64,000 nucleotides of DNA from an uncultured delta proteobacterium (GTDB lineage: Bacteria > Desulfobacterota > Binatia > UBA9968): assembly GCA_963737905.1 (NCBI GenBank), contig CAVTUQ010000008.1:199982-263981 (forward strand), written 5' to 3'. A model generated the notes under the pieces. It saw only the letters and a program-made list of their open reading frames with translations. It did no database searches and was not told the DNA's origin. The position numbers and the translations under genes are program-made. Shown here piece after piece: positions 10,880 through 20,876 of the stretch. Position 1 is the stretch's first letter. Each line of letters begins with the position of its first letter.

Positions 10880-10957
10880 TGGGATGGCGTAAGCCGGATG
10901 CGTAAAATCAGGTGCTACTGGGAACAGGTTTGGTGATAAAATGAGGATCATAAAACT

Positions 10958-12478
10958 ATGAATTTCCCTCCATGGTCGCAGAATCTCTATCGCGCGGATT
11001 TTCTTCGCAGTGTCGGTCTCTATATCATGCGCGACCACCTTGTGCTGGTTCGCCTGCGCAAGAACTTCTTACGCCTGTCCTTGGCCGAACAAGAGGCTAG
11101 AGAGTTGCCGTCGGGAGAAAACCAACAGGCCATATCCGAATTGACCGGCTGGATCGCGGAAGACATTAGAGAAATCGCGTTACGAGCCGAAACCGATTCC
11201 CGTGAACGGGCGCTCAGGCAAGCCATTGTGAGCCTTTTGCCGCATTTTAGTGCGGGCAAAGACTCTTTGTACATCTGTGTTCCTCAGGAGCAGGCGGTAG
11301 TCCAGAAGCTTTTCTTGCCGCAAGCGGCAGAGAATAATCTGCGGCAAGTGCTGGAATACGAGATCGAACGCCAACTCCCGTTTCGTCGCGACGATATCTA
11401 TTTCGATTTTTTGCCGATTGGAAAGCAGGGGGACAAGATCGGCGTATATCTCTTCGCGATTCCGAAAAAAAGCTTGGTCCATGTTCTCGAAGTGCTGGGT
11501 TCATTCGGCATAAAACCCAACGGAATTGAAACCACGGTCACGGCGATGGCCAACTATCTCTTGTTCTGTCGGGGGGATTTAAATGATCCGGCGGTCGTCG
11601 TCGGCAGACAAAATGAGGCTTGGGAAATGTTCGGAATTCGTAGTGGTGTCAACGGATGGAAGCGCCAAGCGGAGTTACTTTTTTCCCACTCTTTACCACA
11701 AGCGGACTGGGCTCAGGGTCCGGGCAAGGAAATTCTCCAGGAGTGTTTTGCCAAATCGCCAATGCTCTTTGGTTGGGGCGAGGTGGAGGGCTTTTTTCGC
11801 ACCGTGTCCCACGACGCAACCTCATTAAAATACGAAGACCTGGTAGCCGCCGGCAATCAGCGGCTTGCGGGTAGCGGGAATATTGCTCATCCGCAGGTTC
11901 TTCCTGCTTTTGGAGCTGCGCTCCGAGGACTTCGTGAAGCTTCCTTTACGGTAAACTTCCTACGACAGGAGGGCGCTGTCGATGGGGGCGGAAAAGCGTT
12001 CTCAGGTATTAATGCAGTTCTCTTGGGCTTGTTGCTGATTAGCTCCGTCGCGTGGGGAGTTAGTTATCCCATCAAAGACGAAATTCGCCTGCGTCAGCTG
12101 CAAAAGGAAAATCAAAAGCTCGCGCCTTCTGTCGAAGCGCTCCGTCGCGAGGAGACGGAGTTCCAGAGGGCGCGCAAGGAAATGAGCTTTTTCGCGGATT
12201 TCGACCAAAAAAAGGGCGAGGTTCTTCGCGTCTTGGACGAACTCTCCAAAACGGTTCCGACCAATGCCTATCTTTCCAACCTGCGTTATCGTGCTGGGAA
12301 CTTGGAGATGCAGGGCAGTGCCGAAAACGCCTCCGCATTGATTCCTATCCTCGAGCGCTCTCCGCTCTTCGAAAACGTAGGTTTTAATGCACCATCTAAC
12401 CGGGGGCGAGACAACCGCGAGACGTTCTCACTGAAAGCCGATGTCGAGAAGCCAAAGGAAAGGGCGACCAAACCATGA
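10958..12478 (+). CDS. gspL: GspL/PilM-PilN-like assembly platform protein
   Basis: Actin-like N region (YEIERQLPF), a single TM helix, C-terminal PilN-like domain (LEMQGSAENASALIPILERSPLF); lies between K and M. Confidence 0.75.
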   Translation: MNFPPWSQNLYRADFLRSVGLYIMRDHLVLVRLRKNFLRLSLAEQEARELPSGENQQAISELTGWIAEDIREIALRAETDSRERALRQAIVSLLPHFSAGKDSLYICVPQEQAVVQKLFLPQAAENNLRQVLEYEIERQLPFRRDDIYFDFLPIGKQGDKIGVYLFAIPKKSLVHVLEVLGSFGIKPNGIETTVTAMANYLLFCRGDLNDPAVVVGRQNEAWEMFGIRSGVNGWKRQAELLFSHSLPQADWAQGPGKEILQECFAKSPMLFGWGEVEGFFRTVSHDATSLKYEDLVAAGNQRLAGSGNIAHPQVLPAFGAALRGLREASFTVNFLRQEGAVDGGGKAFSGINAVLLGLLLISSVAWGVSYPIKDEIRLRQLQKENQKLAPSVEALRREETEFQRARKEMSFFADFDQKKGEVLRVLDELSKTVPTNAYLSNLRYRAGNLEMQGSAENASALIPILERSPLFENVGFNAPSNRGRDNRETFSLKADVEKPKERATKP

Positions 12479-13149
12479 ATCAATTTTGGCAGCGACTTTC
12501 CAAAAGAGAACGGAGCCTCGTTCTCTGCAGCTTGTTGATTATTTTTGTCGCGCTAGCGCGCTATATGCTGATTGGTCCGTTTGTTGAGCGATGGGAGTGG
12601 GTCAGAAGTCAGCTGGAGATCCAGCCGCAACTTCTGGAAAAAAACCTCCGCTTCCTCGCTCAAAAGGAAGACATGGTCGCGATGCTCGAATCCACGCGAA
12701 ATGAGCTGAAAGCTAGGGAGCCGCGGCTCCTCACCGGAGACACGCCATCGGTTAGCGCGTCGGACTTGCAAGATGTCATCCAAGGCCTGGCGACAAAGGA
12801 AGGCACGCAGGTGATAACAACTCGGGTCTTGAACCCTGAGGCTGCCGGAAGCTTTGCCAAGATTTCAATTCAGATGGAAATTGGAGGTCAAATCGACCAA
12901 CTCGCGAGCTTAATTCGCGGCATCGAAAATTCCCCAAAGCTCTTGATGGTTGACGAAATCAATGTGCGCTCCCTTTTCCGCCCAGTGGGGTTTCCTCAAC
13001 CCCAAGGCGTTCCTCAGTTGGCCGCGCAAAACCTACGCGTAAGCCTAACGGTTTCCGGACTTGCACGCTCCCTGACGCCGACGGCTACTAAGTCGGAGTC
13101 TTTGCCGAGTCAATCAAAGAGTAACTCGGGCAAGACGAGCCAGCCCTGA
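12475..13149 (+). CDS. gspM: GspM-like protein
   Basis: W.RLSKRER followed by a TM helix and a ferredoxin-like C domain; ATGA overlap with the upstream gene. Confidence 0.75.
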   Translation: MNQFWQRLSKRERSLVLCSLLIIFVALARYMLIGPFVERWEWVRSQLEIQPQLLEKNLRFLAQKEDMVAMLESTRNELKAREPRLLTGDTPSVSASDLQDVIQGLATKEGTQVITTRVLNPEAAGSFAKISIQMEIGGQIDQLASLIRGIENSPKLLMVDEINVRSLFRPVGFPQPQGVPQLAAQNLRVSLTVSGLARSLTPTATKSESLPSQSKSNSGKTSQP

Positions 13150-13286
13150 GAGTAATGGTCTTTTTGTGGTCGCCGGGCAATAGATGTGCAGACACAAAAA
13201 TATGAAAATGGCCGGGGGTTTGATTCGGTATTAGCAGGAAACCCGTTTCGAATCTCAGAACATATCTTTGACAAACGAGGATCGAT

Positions 13287-13315
13287 TTGACGCGCAAGTT
13301 AGGTAAAAGTAAAAT
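13287..13315 (+). promoter_or_regulatory. Sigma70-like promoter for gspC-gspD
   Basis: TTGACG-N17-TAAAAT, about 40 bp upstream of the 13357 start. Confidence 0.55.
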
Positions 13316-13356
13316 AGGGGTCTTTTTAGACCGGAATGGGTAGGACTTAAGTTATT

Positions 13357-14034
13357 TTGACGCGATCTTCACTGCTTAGCGTTTTCCTAATTATCGCCAC
13401 AGGATTGGTGCTCACGAAAACCTATTGGCTGTGGACGACCGGCCCTTGGGATCTGCCGAATTCGGGAAAGGCCAAATCGCCGATCCTCGTCGACAACTCC
13501 AAAGCAGTTACGAATCCGCTAGCGATCACCGGAACCGAAACCATTGTCAGCAAGAATATTTTTGACCCGGAACGCGGGGCGGGCTTCACCCGGGCAGCGG
13601 AGTCGAATTCGCAGGCTTTTCAACGCATACAAAGCATGGTCCTCTTGGGTACTGCCATCCTTGGTAATAACCGATTTGCCATCTTGCAGGACGGAGCGGC
13701 TTCTTCTGGAGCACCTGGAATCCCTGGCCAGGTGGCTGCGCCAATGCGGATCAAACTCGGGGATATGGTCGAAGGGTTCAAGTTGTCAGAAGTGTCCGAA
13801 AAAAGAGTTGTTTTCGCCAGGGGTACCTCGACGGTAGAGGTTCCACTGGATTATTTTCGAAAAACCGACATCGCTCAGCCGCGAAGGCCGGCGACGGCAC
13901 AACCCGGTGCCGCAGGGCAGGCACCGGCGCCGCGAATTCTTGCACCAGGACAGACAAACGTGCCAGGGCAGAGAGTGCCCAGAGCGATTCCCGCCTTGCC
14001 GCGGCGAGATCGCGCGCCCGCCGGAGGAGAATAA
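13357..14034 (+). CDS. GspC-like (HR domain) protein
   Basis: N-terminal TM; KNIFDPER, LLGTAI...AIL, IKLGDMVEGFKL.EV...V; directly upstream of the secretin; no PDZ. Confidence 0.65.
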   Translation: MTRSSLLSVFLIIATGLVLTKTYWLWTTGPWDLPNSGKAKSPILVDNSKAVTNPLAITGTETIVSKNIFDPERGAGFTRAAESNSQAFQRIQSMVLLGTAILGNNRFAILQDGAASSGAPGIPGQVAAPMRIKLGDMVEGFKLSEVSEKRVVFARGTSTVEVPLDYFRKTDIAQPRRPATAQPGAAGQAPAPRILAPGQTNVPGQRVPRAIPALPRRDRAPAGGE

Positions 14035-14063
14035 GCGGGCCGTAGTTGAACGCGGGAGGAATA

Positions 14064-17054
14064 ATGCTAGGAAAATGCTTTACGTGGTTCGTTGTCTTCT
14101 CATACGTCTCGAGCATTGCCTTGCCTTTGAATGTGCAAGTCTTTCGGGAGGCTCAGGCCGCAGAGCCAATAACCCCGCCGCAAACCCAGCCGGCGCCAGG
14201 GGTGGTGCCGCCGGTTCAGCCTCCGGTCGCTCCGGGGCCCCAAGGGGCAGTACCAGCGCAGCCCGGTGGTCCTCCCAGCCGACCCGAGCGCACACTACTA
14301 CCGCCTCCCTCCGTTACTTCCGGTGGAATGGTTTCGCTTAATTTTAATCGTGCGGATTTAGTCGAAATCATCCACATCCTCGCTCAGCACTTGAAGCTTA
14401 CTTACACAATCGATCCTGAGGTAAAAGGAACGGTTACCATCAACAGCGCTGAGCCCCTAAGAACGGAGGATCTACTGCCGATTTTTCACCAAGTACTGCG
14501 CATGAACGGCGCGGTAGCGGTCCGGGCAGGCAATATTTATCGGATCATGCCTATCAAAGACGGGAAGGGTCTGGCGCGGCCGGTGGGCTCCAATCGAGAA
14601 GATAGTTTTGCCTTACAGATCGTGCCGGTACGGTTCTTCGCCGTCGCCGAAATGAAAAAAGTGTTGAGCCCTTTTGTCATGCCGGGCGGTGAGATCATCG
14701 AAAATCCGAGGGGAAATTTCCTTGTCATTATGGATTTGCCCTCGAACATCCAGCGGCTGGTGGAGATCGCCGATCTCATTGATGTCCAGGTTTTTGCCGG
14801 CACACGCATGGAAATCTATCAGCCCAAGGTGGCGAGCGCGGAAGAACTTGCCACCGAGATGACCAAAGTCATGCAGGCGTATGCCGCATCGGTACCCCAG
14901 ACGGAGAATTTTACCGCGCAGTTTCTCGCTCTGCCACGAATCAACCAACTCCTGGTGATCAGTCACAGCGAGGCGGCTTGGACTTATGCCAAAAGGTGGC
15001 TGGACCGGATCGACGTGATCGCGGAAGGTCCAGGGCGAAGAATTTTCGTCTATCCCGTAGAAAATGGCAAAGCGGAAGATCTGGCGAATGTTTTGAGCGC
15101 GGCTCTCGGTTTACCTGCCCCAGCCGGTGGTGGGCAAAGGAGGACTTTGGAGGACCTTCATCGCTCGACCACGGGGGCTGGAAGTCAATCAGGCGTGGGC
15201 GGGGGTCGCTCGACGACCGGGACACCTGGAACTTCGAGCAGCGGCTTTGGGAGTAGCGGTTTTGGCTCGCAACAACCTTTGGGTGCGTACGCGGCTGCGC
15301 AAGTTCCCGCCCCGGCTGGCCAACCCACTGCACCCGTGCCACAGACGGTTCCCGGAGTTCCCGGGCTTGTTCCTCTGCCTGGTGGTGCTCCTAGAGCGCC
15401 CACACCTGGTGCTCCCGGCGCTCCCACGGCCAAACCGGAAGAGCAATTGCGGATCGTCGCCGATCCGGCCACCAATTCGCTGATCGTCTACGGAACCGCG
15501 CAGGAGTTTCAAAATATCAAGAATATTTTGAAAGAGTTGGACGCGGTGCCCAGGCAGGTGCTGCTGGATGTACTCGTGCTTGAGGTATCTCTAGATGACA
15601 AGGAACAGTTGGGTCTCGACTATGAAATTAGGCCCGGTAATACGCAATTTTTTGATCGCACGTTGCCGTCGCGGGGCGGTGTCTTGACCGGCCTCTTGAA
15701 TAGCTTGTCAGGCGCAGCTGCTGCTGGAGGCCTTACTCCATTTCCGTTGGGCGTGAGCGGCGTTTTCGGGCCCGGAAATGTGCGGATTTTAGTGAACGCC
15801 CTGGCGTCAGATTCCCGAACCAAGATTTTGTCCACGCCCAGCGTGTTAGCGACTGACAATCGGCCTGCGCGGATTCAAGTCGGCAGTGAAGAGCCGATAG
15901 CGACAGGCGCAGTGAGCACTCCAATCGCAACCGGAACAACAGCAGGAACTGGATTCGCATCGAGTACGACGGTCCAGTACCGAAACACCGGCAGAATCGT
16001 AACCATTATTCCACAAGTCAATTCTAAAGGGCTAGTCAACCTGCAAGCACTGGTAGAGGTGAGCCAGCGTGGATTGAATGTTACGGTAGGGCAAGATAGC
16101 TTTCCCTCATTTGATATACGCCAAGCTGAAACCACTGCCGTCGTCCAGGACGGCGATACCCTCGCGATAGGTGGGATGATTGGCGAAAACAGGAACAACG
16201 ATAAGAACGGCGTCCCCTATCTTATGGATATCCCGGTGTTGGGCCGTTTCTTCCGCACCACATCAGATAGAATCCAACGGACCGAGCTCATCATGCTGAT
16301 TACCCCCCATGTCATTCGAAGTAGGACCGAAGGCACTGTGGTTACTGAAGAACTCAAAAGCAAACTATCGACCCTACGCAGCGAGCTTGAAAGGATGCGG
16401 TTGGACCGGGAGCGCGATTTGGAAAAAATGAAGCGTCAGTGGCAAGAGCAGCAAAAACCTGCAGCTCCGGCGCCCGCAAACGAACCGCCAAGCGAACCGC
16501 CAAGCCCGTCGCCAAGTAGCAGCCCGGCAAGCCCGGTCCCACCGGCGGTGCCGTTGCGAAACATAAATATCGGTCCTGCTGAATTGCCTTCGACGGCTCC
16601 AAGCCAAGATTTACGGGGCTCGGCTGATGGAAGCCCCGTGTCGTCCCTGTTGGTGAGCCGTGTCTTACCTTCGCCAACGTCGACCCTAGTGCAAGATAAA
16701 ACAGGTGAAGCAGTGCAGCGACAAAAAATTCCCGCAGAGCTTTCGTCGGTCTCGCCCAAGGAGCCGCCTCGGGCGACCCGTACGGCGACGAACTCACCGC
16801 GCGAGCCCTCTCGACGGGGTCCAGTCTGGACAGTCCAGGTTGCCTCGCTGAACCAGACTCGCGATGCCGACGGCATTGCCGATAAGCTAAAGGTCAAGGG
16901 TTACGATGCTTATGTGGTTCCGGCTGAGGTGAGGTCTAGGCTTTGGCATCGCGTCCGCGTGGGCCAGGGCATCGATCTGAGTGAAGCCTTCGAGCTTCGA
17001 ACCAGACTCAAAGGCAAGGAAAATTTTGACCAAGCATTTATCGCGCTCCGATAA
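14064..17054 (+). CDS. gspD: Type II secretion secretin with Pro-rich linker and C-terminal SPOR domain
   Basis: SLNFNRADL (N0), IVADPATNSLIV, RQVLLDV, GVPYLMDIPVLGRFF...RTELIMLITPHVI; C-terminal WTVQVAS...GYDAYV...WHRVRVG; RBS GGAGGA before ATG 14064. Confidence 0.93.
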   Translation: MLGKCFTWFVVFSYVSSIALPLNVQVFREAQAAEPITPPQTQPAPGVVPPVQPPVAPGPQGAVPAQPGGPPSRPERTLLPPPSVTSGGMVSLNFNRADLVEIIHILAQHLKLTYTIDPEVKGTVTINSAEPLRTEDLLPIFHQVLRMNGAVAVRAGNIYRIMPIKDGKGLARPVGSNREDSFALQIVPVRFFAVAEMKKVLSPFVMPGGEIIENPRGNFLVIMDLPSNIQRLVEIADLIDVQVFAGTRMEIYQPKVASAEELATEMTKVMQAYAASVPQTENFTAQFLALPRINQLLVISHSEAAWTYAKRWLDRIDVIAEGPGRRIFVYPVENGKAEDLANVLSAALGLPAPAGGGQRRTLEDLHRSTTGAGSQSGVGGGRSTTGTPGTSSSGFGSSGFGSQQPLGAYAAAQVPAPAGQPTAPVPQTVPGVPGLVPLPGGAPRAPTPGAPGAPTAKPEEQLRIVADPATNSLIVYGTAQEFQNIKNILKELDAVPRQVLLDVLVLEVSLDDKEQLGLDYEIRPGNTQFFDRTLPSRGGVLTGLLNSLSGAAAAGGLTPFPLGVSGVFGPGNVRILVNALASDSRTKILSTPSVLATDNRPARIQVGSEEPIATGAVSTPIATGTTAGTGFASSTTVQYRNTGRIVTIIPQVNSKGLVNLQALVEVSQRGLNVTVGQDSFPSFDIRQAETTAVVQDGDTLAIGGMIGENRNNDKNGVPYLMDIPVLGRFFRTTSDRIQRTELIMLITPHVIRSRTEGTVVTEELKSKLSTLRSELERMRLDRERDLEKMKRQWQEQQKPAAPAPANEPPSEPPSPSPSSSPASPVPPAVPLRNINIGPAELPSTAPSQDLRGSADGSPVSSLLVSRVLPSPTSTLVQDKTGEAVQRQKIPAELSSVSPKEPPRATRTATNSPREPSRRGPVWTVQVASLNQTRDADGIADKLKVKGYDAYVVPAEVRSRLWHRVRVGQGIDLSEAFELRTRLKGKENFDQAFIALR

Positions 17055-17496
17055 CTGAAACGCTCCTCAGTTCAGTTAGCGGAGCGCCGTCTTTCCCGCG
17101 TTCTTTTCTTCGCAGGCGCATTTCGAGCGGTCTGTCATCGTTGGCCGCAATTGTTCCCGGCCGTTCATCCACTGTCAATTGAGAGACCGGCAGCCGTCGT
17201 GAAAGGCCTCCGGGCGCGCGGTTGCTTGCGTGTTTCGCGAGGGATTTTCATAAGAGGCGTTGCTTTGTTATGATGGAAAGGATAGCGCTGAAGTTGTACG
17301 GTCTCCATCTCTCACTGGTGGAGGGGAGAGCGGCATGAGAACTGGCCACATTGATCCCCGGGTCAAAAGAGGTTATGGTGGCTCGATTTTGACAAAGCTA
17401 GGGTGGTTGAAGGCGACGCGGGCGGCACTAGTCCGCAGCACGCCGGTCGCATTACGGTGTCTGGCATTTGATTTCTAATTGATAGGTGAGGCGATT

Positions 17497-18417
17497 GTGA
17501 ATCCAAAAGATCTGACTATTGAGCGGGTACAGGATATTCTCCGGGCTGAGCGTTACATTTGCGATCGCTCATTAGCCACCGTTGTTTATCTTTCGTTGGT
17601 CATGGGCAAACCCTTGCTTCTGGAGGGCGAGGCGGGGGTCGGTAAGACCGAAATCGCAAAGGTTCTTTCCAAGGTTCTGGACGCCAAACTGATTCGCTTG
17701 CAGTGTTACGAAGGATTAGATGCGAACACGGCGCTATACGAGTGGAACTATCCCAAACAGATGTTGCGCATCAAACTGGAAGAGGTGGAGCATGGCGATA
17801 GGGAGGCCGTCGAGACCGAAATCTTCACGCAAGACTATTTGATCAAGCGGCCGTTGCTGGAGGCGATCCAAACCGATGGCGCCGGCCCGCCGGTGCTGCT
17901 CATAGACGAGATCGATCGCGCCGACATGGAATTCGAAGCGTTCCTGCTGGAGGTGCTTTCGGACTTCCAGATTACCATACCCGAGATCGGCACCATCGCG
18001 GCCAGGCATCGGCCCTATGTCTTTTTGACCTCGAATCGAACTCGCGAGATTCATGACGCACTCAAGCGCCGCTGCCTTTATCACTGGATTGAATACCCGA
18101 GCTTCGAAAAGGAACACGAGATCATTACCACCAAGTTCCCTGAGGTGGAGGAAACCATGGCGAGACAGATCTGTGCCTTCATGCAGAAGGTTCGCCAGAT
18201 GAATTTCTACAAGCGGCCCGGCGTGGCGGAAACGTTGGATTGGGCTTCGGCTTTGATTGCTCTTAACCGTAGGGAATTGGACGACAAGACCGTGGTGGAG
18301 ACCATGGGCTGCGTTTTCAAATATCGCGAAGACCTGAACCATCTAAGAGAACAGGTCGAAGGCAAGCAGCTTAATCTGGAGGCCTTGCTCAGGATGTCGC
18401 CTGAGTTGGTAAGTTAG
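17497..18417 (+). CDS. MoxR-family AAA+ ATPase (CoxD-like)
   Basis: LLLEGEAGVGKT, RLQCYEGLD..ALYEWNY, LLIDEIDRAD, HDALKRRCLY, PGVAETLDW. Confidence 0.92.
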   Translation: MNPKDLTIERVQDILRAERYICDRSLATVVYLSLVMGKPLLLEGEAGVGKTEIAKVLSKVLDAKLIRLQCYEGLDANTALYEWNYPKQMLRIKLEEVEHGDREAVETEIFTQDYLIKRPLLEAIQTDGAGPPVLLIDEIDRADMEFEAFLLEVLSDFQITIPEIGTIAARHRPYVFLTSNRTREIHDALKRRCLYHWIEYPSFEKEHEIITTKFPEVEETMARQICAFMQKVRQMNFYKRPGVAETLDWASALIALNRRELDDKTVVETMGCVFKYREDLNHLREQVEGKQLNLEALLRMSPELVS

Positions 18418-18423
18418 CGAAAG

Positions 18424-19635
18424 ATGGAAATTACACCGGAAGCAGTCGCCACCGCCGTCAGCAACTTTTCCTTGGCGCGTGGCCAGGGAACCCTGCCCAA
18501 CCTCCTGGCCTTCGGGCGGGCTTTGAAGCAGCTCGGCGTCAAGGTCAGCTTGAGCCAGATGATCGATGTTTCGCGTGCGGTCGAGTTCGTCGATATCGCG
18601 GACAAAGGGGACTTTCGGGCCCTGTTGCGCTCGAATTTGGTTTTGCAAAAGGAAGACTTTCCGGTCTTCGATATGTTATTTGATTGTTTTTGGCGGGAAC
18701 AGAGTTACGAACGGGTGCCCATGGAGACACTGGAAATTCAGGGAACGCCCACCGAATCCGGAGCGCAAGAGGGAGGCGATGAAGAAGGATTAGAAGAGGC
18801 GGCCGCGGAAAGCGTCGCCACGGAAAACGTTCCGCTGGAAAACCTCGACGAGTTTTCCGTTCCCACCTACAGTCCGCAAGAGCTGCTTAATCGTAAAGAC
18901 TTCAGCGAAATGGGCGTGGAGGAAAGCCGCGCCATCGCGCGAGCCATCTTGCTTATTGCCACCAAGATTGCGACGCAGATCAGCCGGCGCAAGAAGGTCG
19001 GGCGAAAGGGCAACGTCGTGGATCCGCGCTGGACCATGCGCAAGAACATGAAGTATGGTGGCGAGATCATCGACCTGGTGAATCGCAAGCGACGCATCAA
19101 GAAGACCCGGGTGGTGCTGCTTTGCGACGTGAGTGGCTCGATGGATTGCTACAGCCGGTTCTTGATTCAATTCATGTATGGGCTGCAGAACGAGCTCTGG
19201 GGAGTCGAGACCTTTGTTTTCAGTACTTCTCTCAGCCGCATTACCCATCTGATTCGCACCAAGGACATCGCTAATGCGCTGGAAAAAATTTCCGGCAGCA
19301 TTCTCGGTTGGTCGGGTGGAACCAACATCGGCCGCTCCCTGCATACGTTCAACCGCAACTTTGCGCCCAGCATGGTCACCCATCGCACGGTGGTCGTCAT
19401 TATCAGTGACGGCTGGGACCGTGGCGACGTGAGTTTGCTCGAGCGGGAGATGCAGGACCTGAAGCGAAGATGCAAGAAGATCATCTGGCTCAATCCATTG
19501 CTGGCGAGTGACAATTATGAGCCCCTTTGTAAGGGGATGCAGGCGGCGCTTCCCTATCTGGACCTATTCTTGTCGGTGCATAACGTCAATAGCCTCATTG
19601 CACTGGGACGCACGCTGCAGAAGATGGTGGCATAA
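18424..19635 (+). CDS. VWA domain protein (CoxE-like)
   Basis: MIDAS DVSGSM, WSGGTNIG, ISDGWDRGD, IWLNPL. Confidence 0.92.
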   Translation: MEITPEAVATAVSNFSLARGQGTLPNLLAFGRALKQLGVKVSLSQMIDVSRAVEFVDIADKGDFRALLRSNLVLQKEDFPVFDMLFDCFWREQSYERVPMETLEIQGTPTESGAQEGGDEEGLEEAAAESVATENVPLENLDEFSVPTYSPQELLNRKDFSEMGVEESRAIARAILLIATKIATQISRRKKVGRKGNVVDPRWTMRKNMKYGGEIIDLVNRKRRIKKTRVVLLCDVSGSMDCYSRFLIQFMYGLQNELWGVETFVFSTSLSRITHLIRTKDIANALEKISGSILGWSGGTNIGRSLHTFNRNFAPSMVTHRTVVVIISDGWDRGDVSLLEREMQDLKRRCKKIIWLNPLLASDNYEPLCKGMQAALPYLDLFLSVHNVNSLIALGRTLQKMVA

Positions 19636-19668
19636 AGAAGCAAACATACTTGTAGTTGGAGGTGAACC

Positions 19669-20064
19669 ATGCCAGGTCAAGGAACTTGTTTTGAAGACCC
19701 TAACGGGGAAGCTAGAAAAAAGGATTCCGTTTATCACCAGGTGAAAGAGTTTCTCGACAAAGGAGAAACGATGGCGGTGGCGACCATTGTATCGACCAAA
19801 GGCTCGACCCCGCGAGAGGTCGGCGCCAAGATGGTGGTGACCGCATGGGGAGAAATCCTCGGCACGATTGGAGGTGGTTGTGGTGAAGCGGATGTCAAGC
19901 GCGAAGCCATTGAAGTGATCCGTACGCGCAAACCGAGAATGGTTCGGATCGATCTCTTGGACGACATTTCATCGGATAGCCCGGCCGTGTGCGGAGGGAT
20001 TATGAACGTATTCATCGATCCGTGGTGGAAAGAGCGCGACCAGGAGGCATCCGCGGGCAAATGA
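19669..20064 (+). CDS. XdhC/CoxI N-terminal domain protein
   Basis: GSTPREVGAKM, GTIGGGCGE, VCGG motifs. Confidence 0.88.
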   Translation: MPGQGTCFEDPNGEARKKDSVYHQVKEFLDKGETMAVATIVSTKGSTPREVGAKMVVTAWGEILGTIGGGCGEADVKREAIEVIRTRKPRMVRIDLLDDISSDSPAVCGGIMNVFIDPWWKERDQEASAGK

Positions 20065-20840
20065 GTTCCCTGTCTGAAGAGCTCGTCCGGGCCGTCGAGG
20101 AGGGCGCCGCAGCGGTGTTGGCCACAGTGATCGAAGTCGAAGGCAATGATCGGGTGGCTGCCGGCGCCAAATGCTTGATTCGCGACGGCCATATCCGAGC
20201 CGAAACGATCCGCGATCCGGGGATCGTAGAGGCCATTCTCCGGGAAAGCGCCGTCCATCTGCAAGAAGAAAAGTCAAAGCTCGTTTCACTGAATCTGCCC
20301 CAGGGCGGAGGCAAGCTGGAAGTCTTCTTCGAGGTCATGCCGGCTCCGCCGAAACTGGTGGTGGTCGGCGCCGGTCATATTGCCGTGCCTCTGGTGAAGA
20401 TGGCGAAGGTTTTGGACTTCCATGTGATCGTCACCGATGATCGGCTGGCCTATGCCAATCGCGAGCGCTTTCCGGACGCCGATGAGGTCCTGGTCGGAGA
20501 TATGGCGCAGATGCTCAAGGAGATGTCGATCACGCCTTCGACCTATATCGTCCTGATCACCCGGGGGCACAAATACGACGAGCCTTGCTTGCGCGAGATC
20601 ATTCACAGCCAGGCGAAATATATCGGCATGATCGGCAGCCGGCGACGGATTAAGGCCTGTTTCCAACGGTTTCGTGACGAAGAGAAAATCGCCGAGGAGG
20701 TCATCGATCGGGTTTACGCGCCCATCGGTCTCGATATCGCGACCGAAACACCGGCTGAAATCGCGCTTTCCATTCTCGGCGAGATCATCAAAGTGAGAAG
20801 GGGCGGCAAGGCCGCGTCGCTTTCCGGCCATCAAAACTAA
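20061..20840 (+). CDS. XdhC/CoxF family Mo-cofactor insertion protein
   Basis: GAGHIA, DDR...RFPDAD, TRGHKYD, YIGMIGSRRR, APIGLDI..ETPAEIALSI. Confidence 0.9.
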   Translation: MSSLSEELVRAVEEGAAAVLATVIEVEGNDRVAAGAKCLIRDGHIRAETIRDPGIVEAILRESAVHLQEEKSKLVSLNLPQGGGKLEVFFEVMPAPPKLVVVGAGHIAVPLVKMAKVLDFHVIVTDDRLAYANRERFPDADEVLVGDMAQMLKEMSITPSTYIVLITRGHKYDEPCLREIIHSQAKYIGMIGSRRRIKACFQRFRDEEKIAEEVIDRVYAPIGLDIATETPAEIALSILGEIIKVRRGGKAASLSGHQN

Positions 20841-20876
20841 ATTGCTTGCCTTCAACTGGCGGCGTGAGACCGAAAC

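Noticed and set aside
4917-17054. Type IV pilus cluster
   Set aside because: GspG and GspK signatures and the E-to-D order, with no PilT, indicate a T2SS.
17055-17496. Possible ncRNA or small ORF (17260-17478) upstream of CoxD, such as a Moco riboswitch
   Set aside because: Only a CGCTCC/GGAGCG hairpin near 17061-17087 is visible and I cannot recognise any consensus; a Rfam scan would be needed.
17497-20840. Aerobic CO dehydrogenase (cox) system
   Set aside because: CoxD/E/F-like genes are present, but neither large subunit has the form I AYXCSFR motif, and these accessory genes are generic for Mo hydroxylases.
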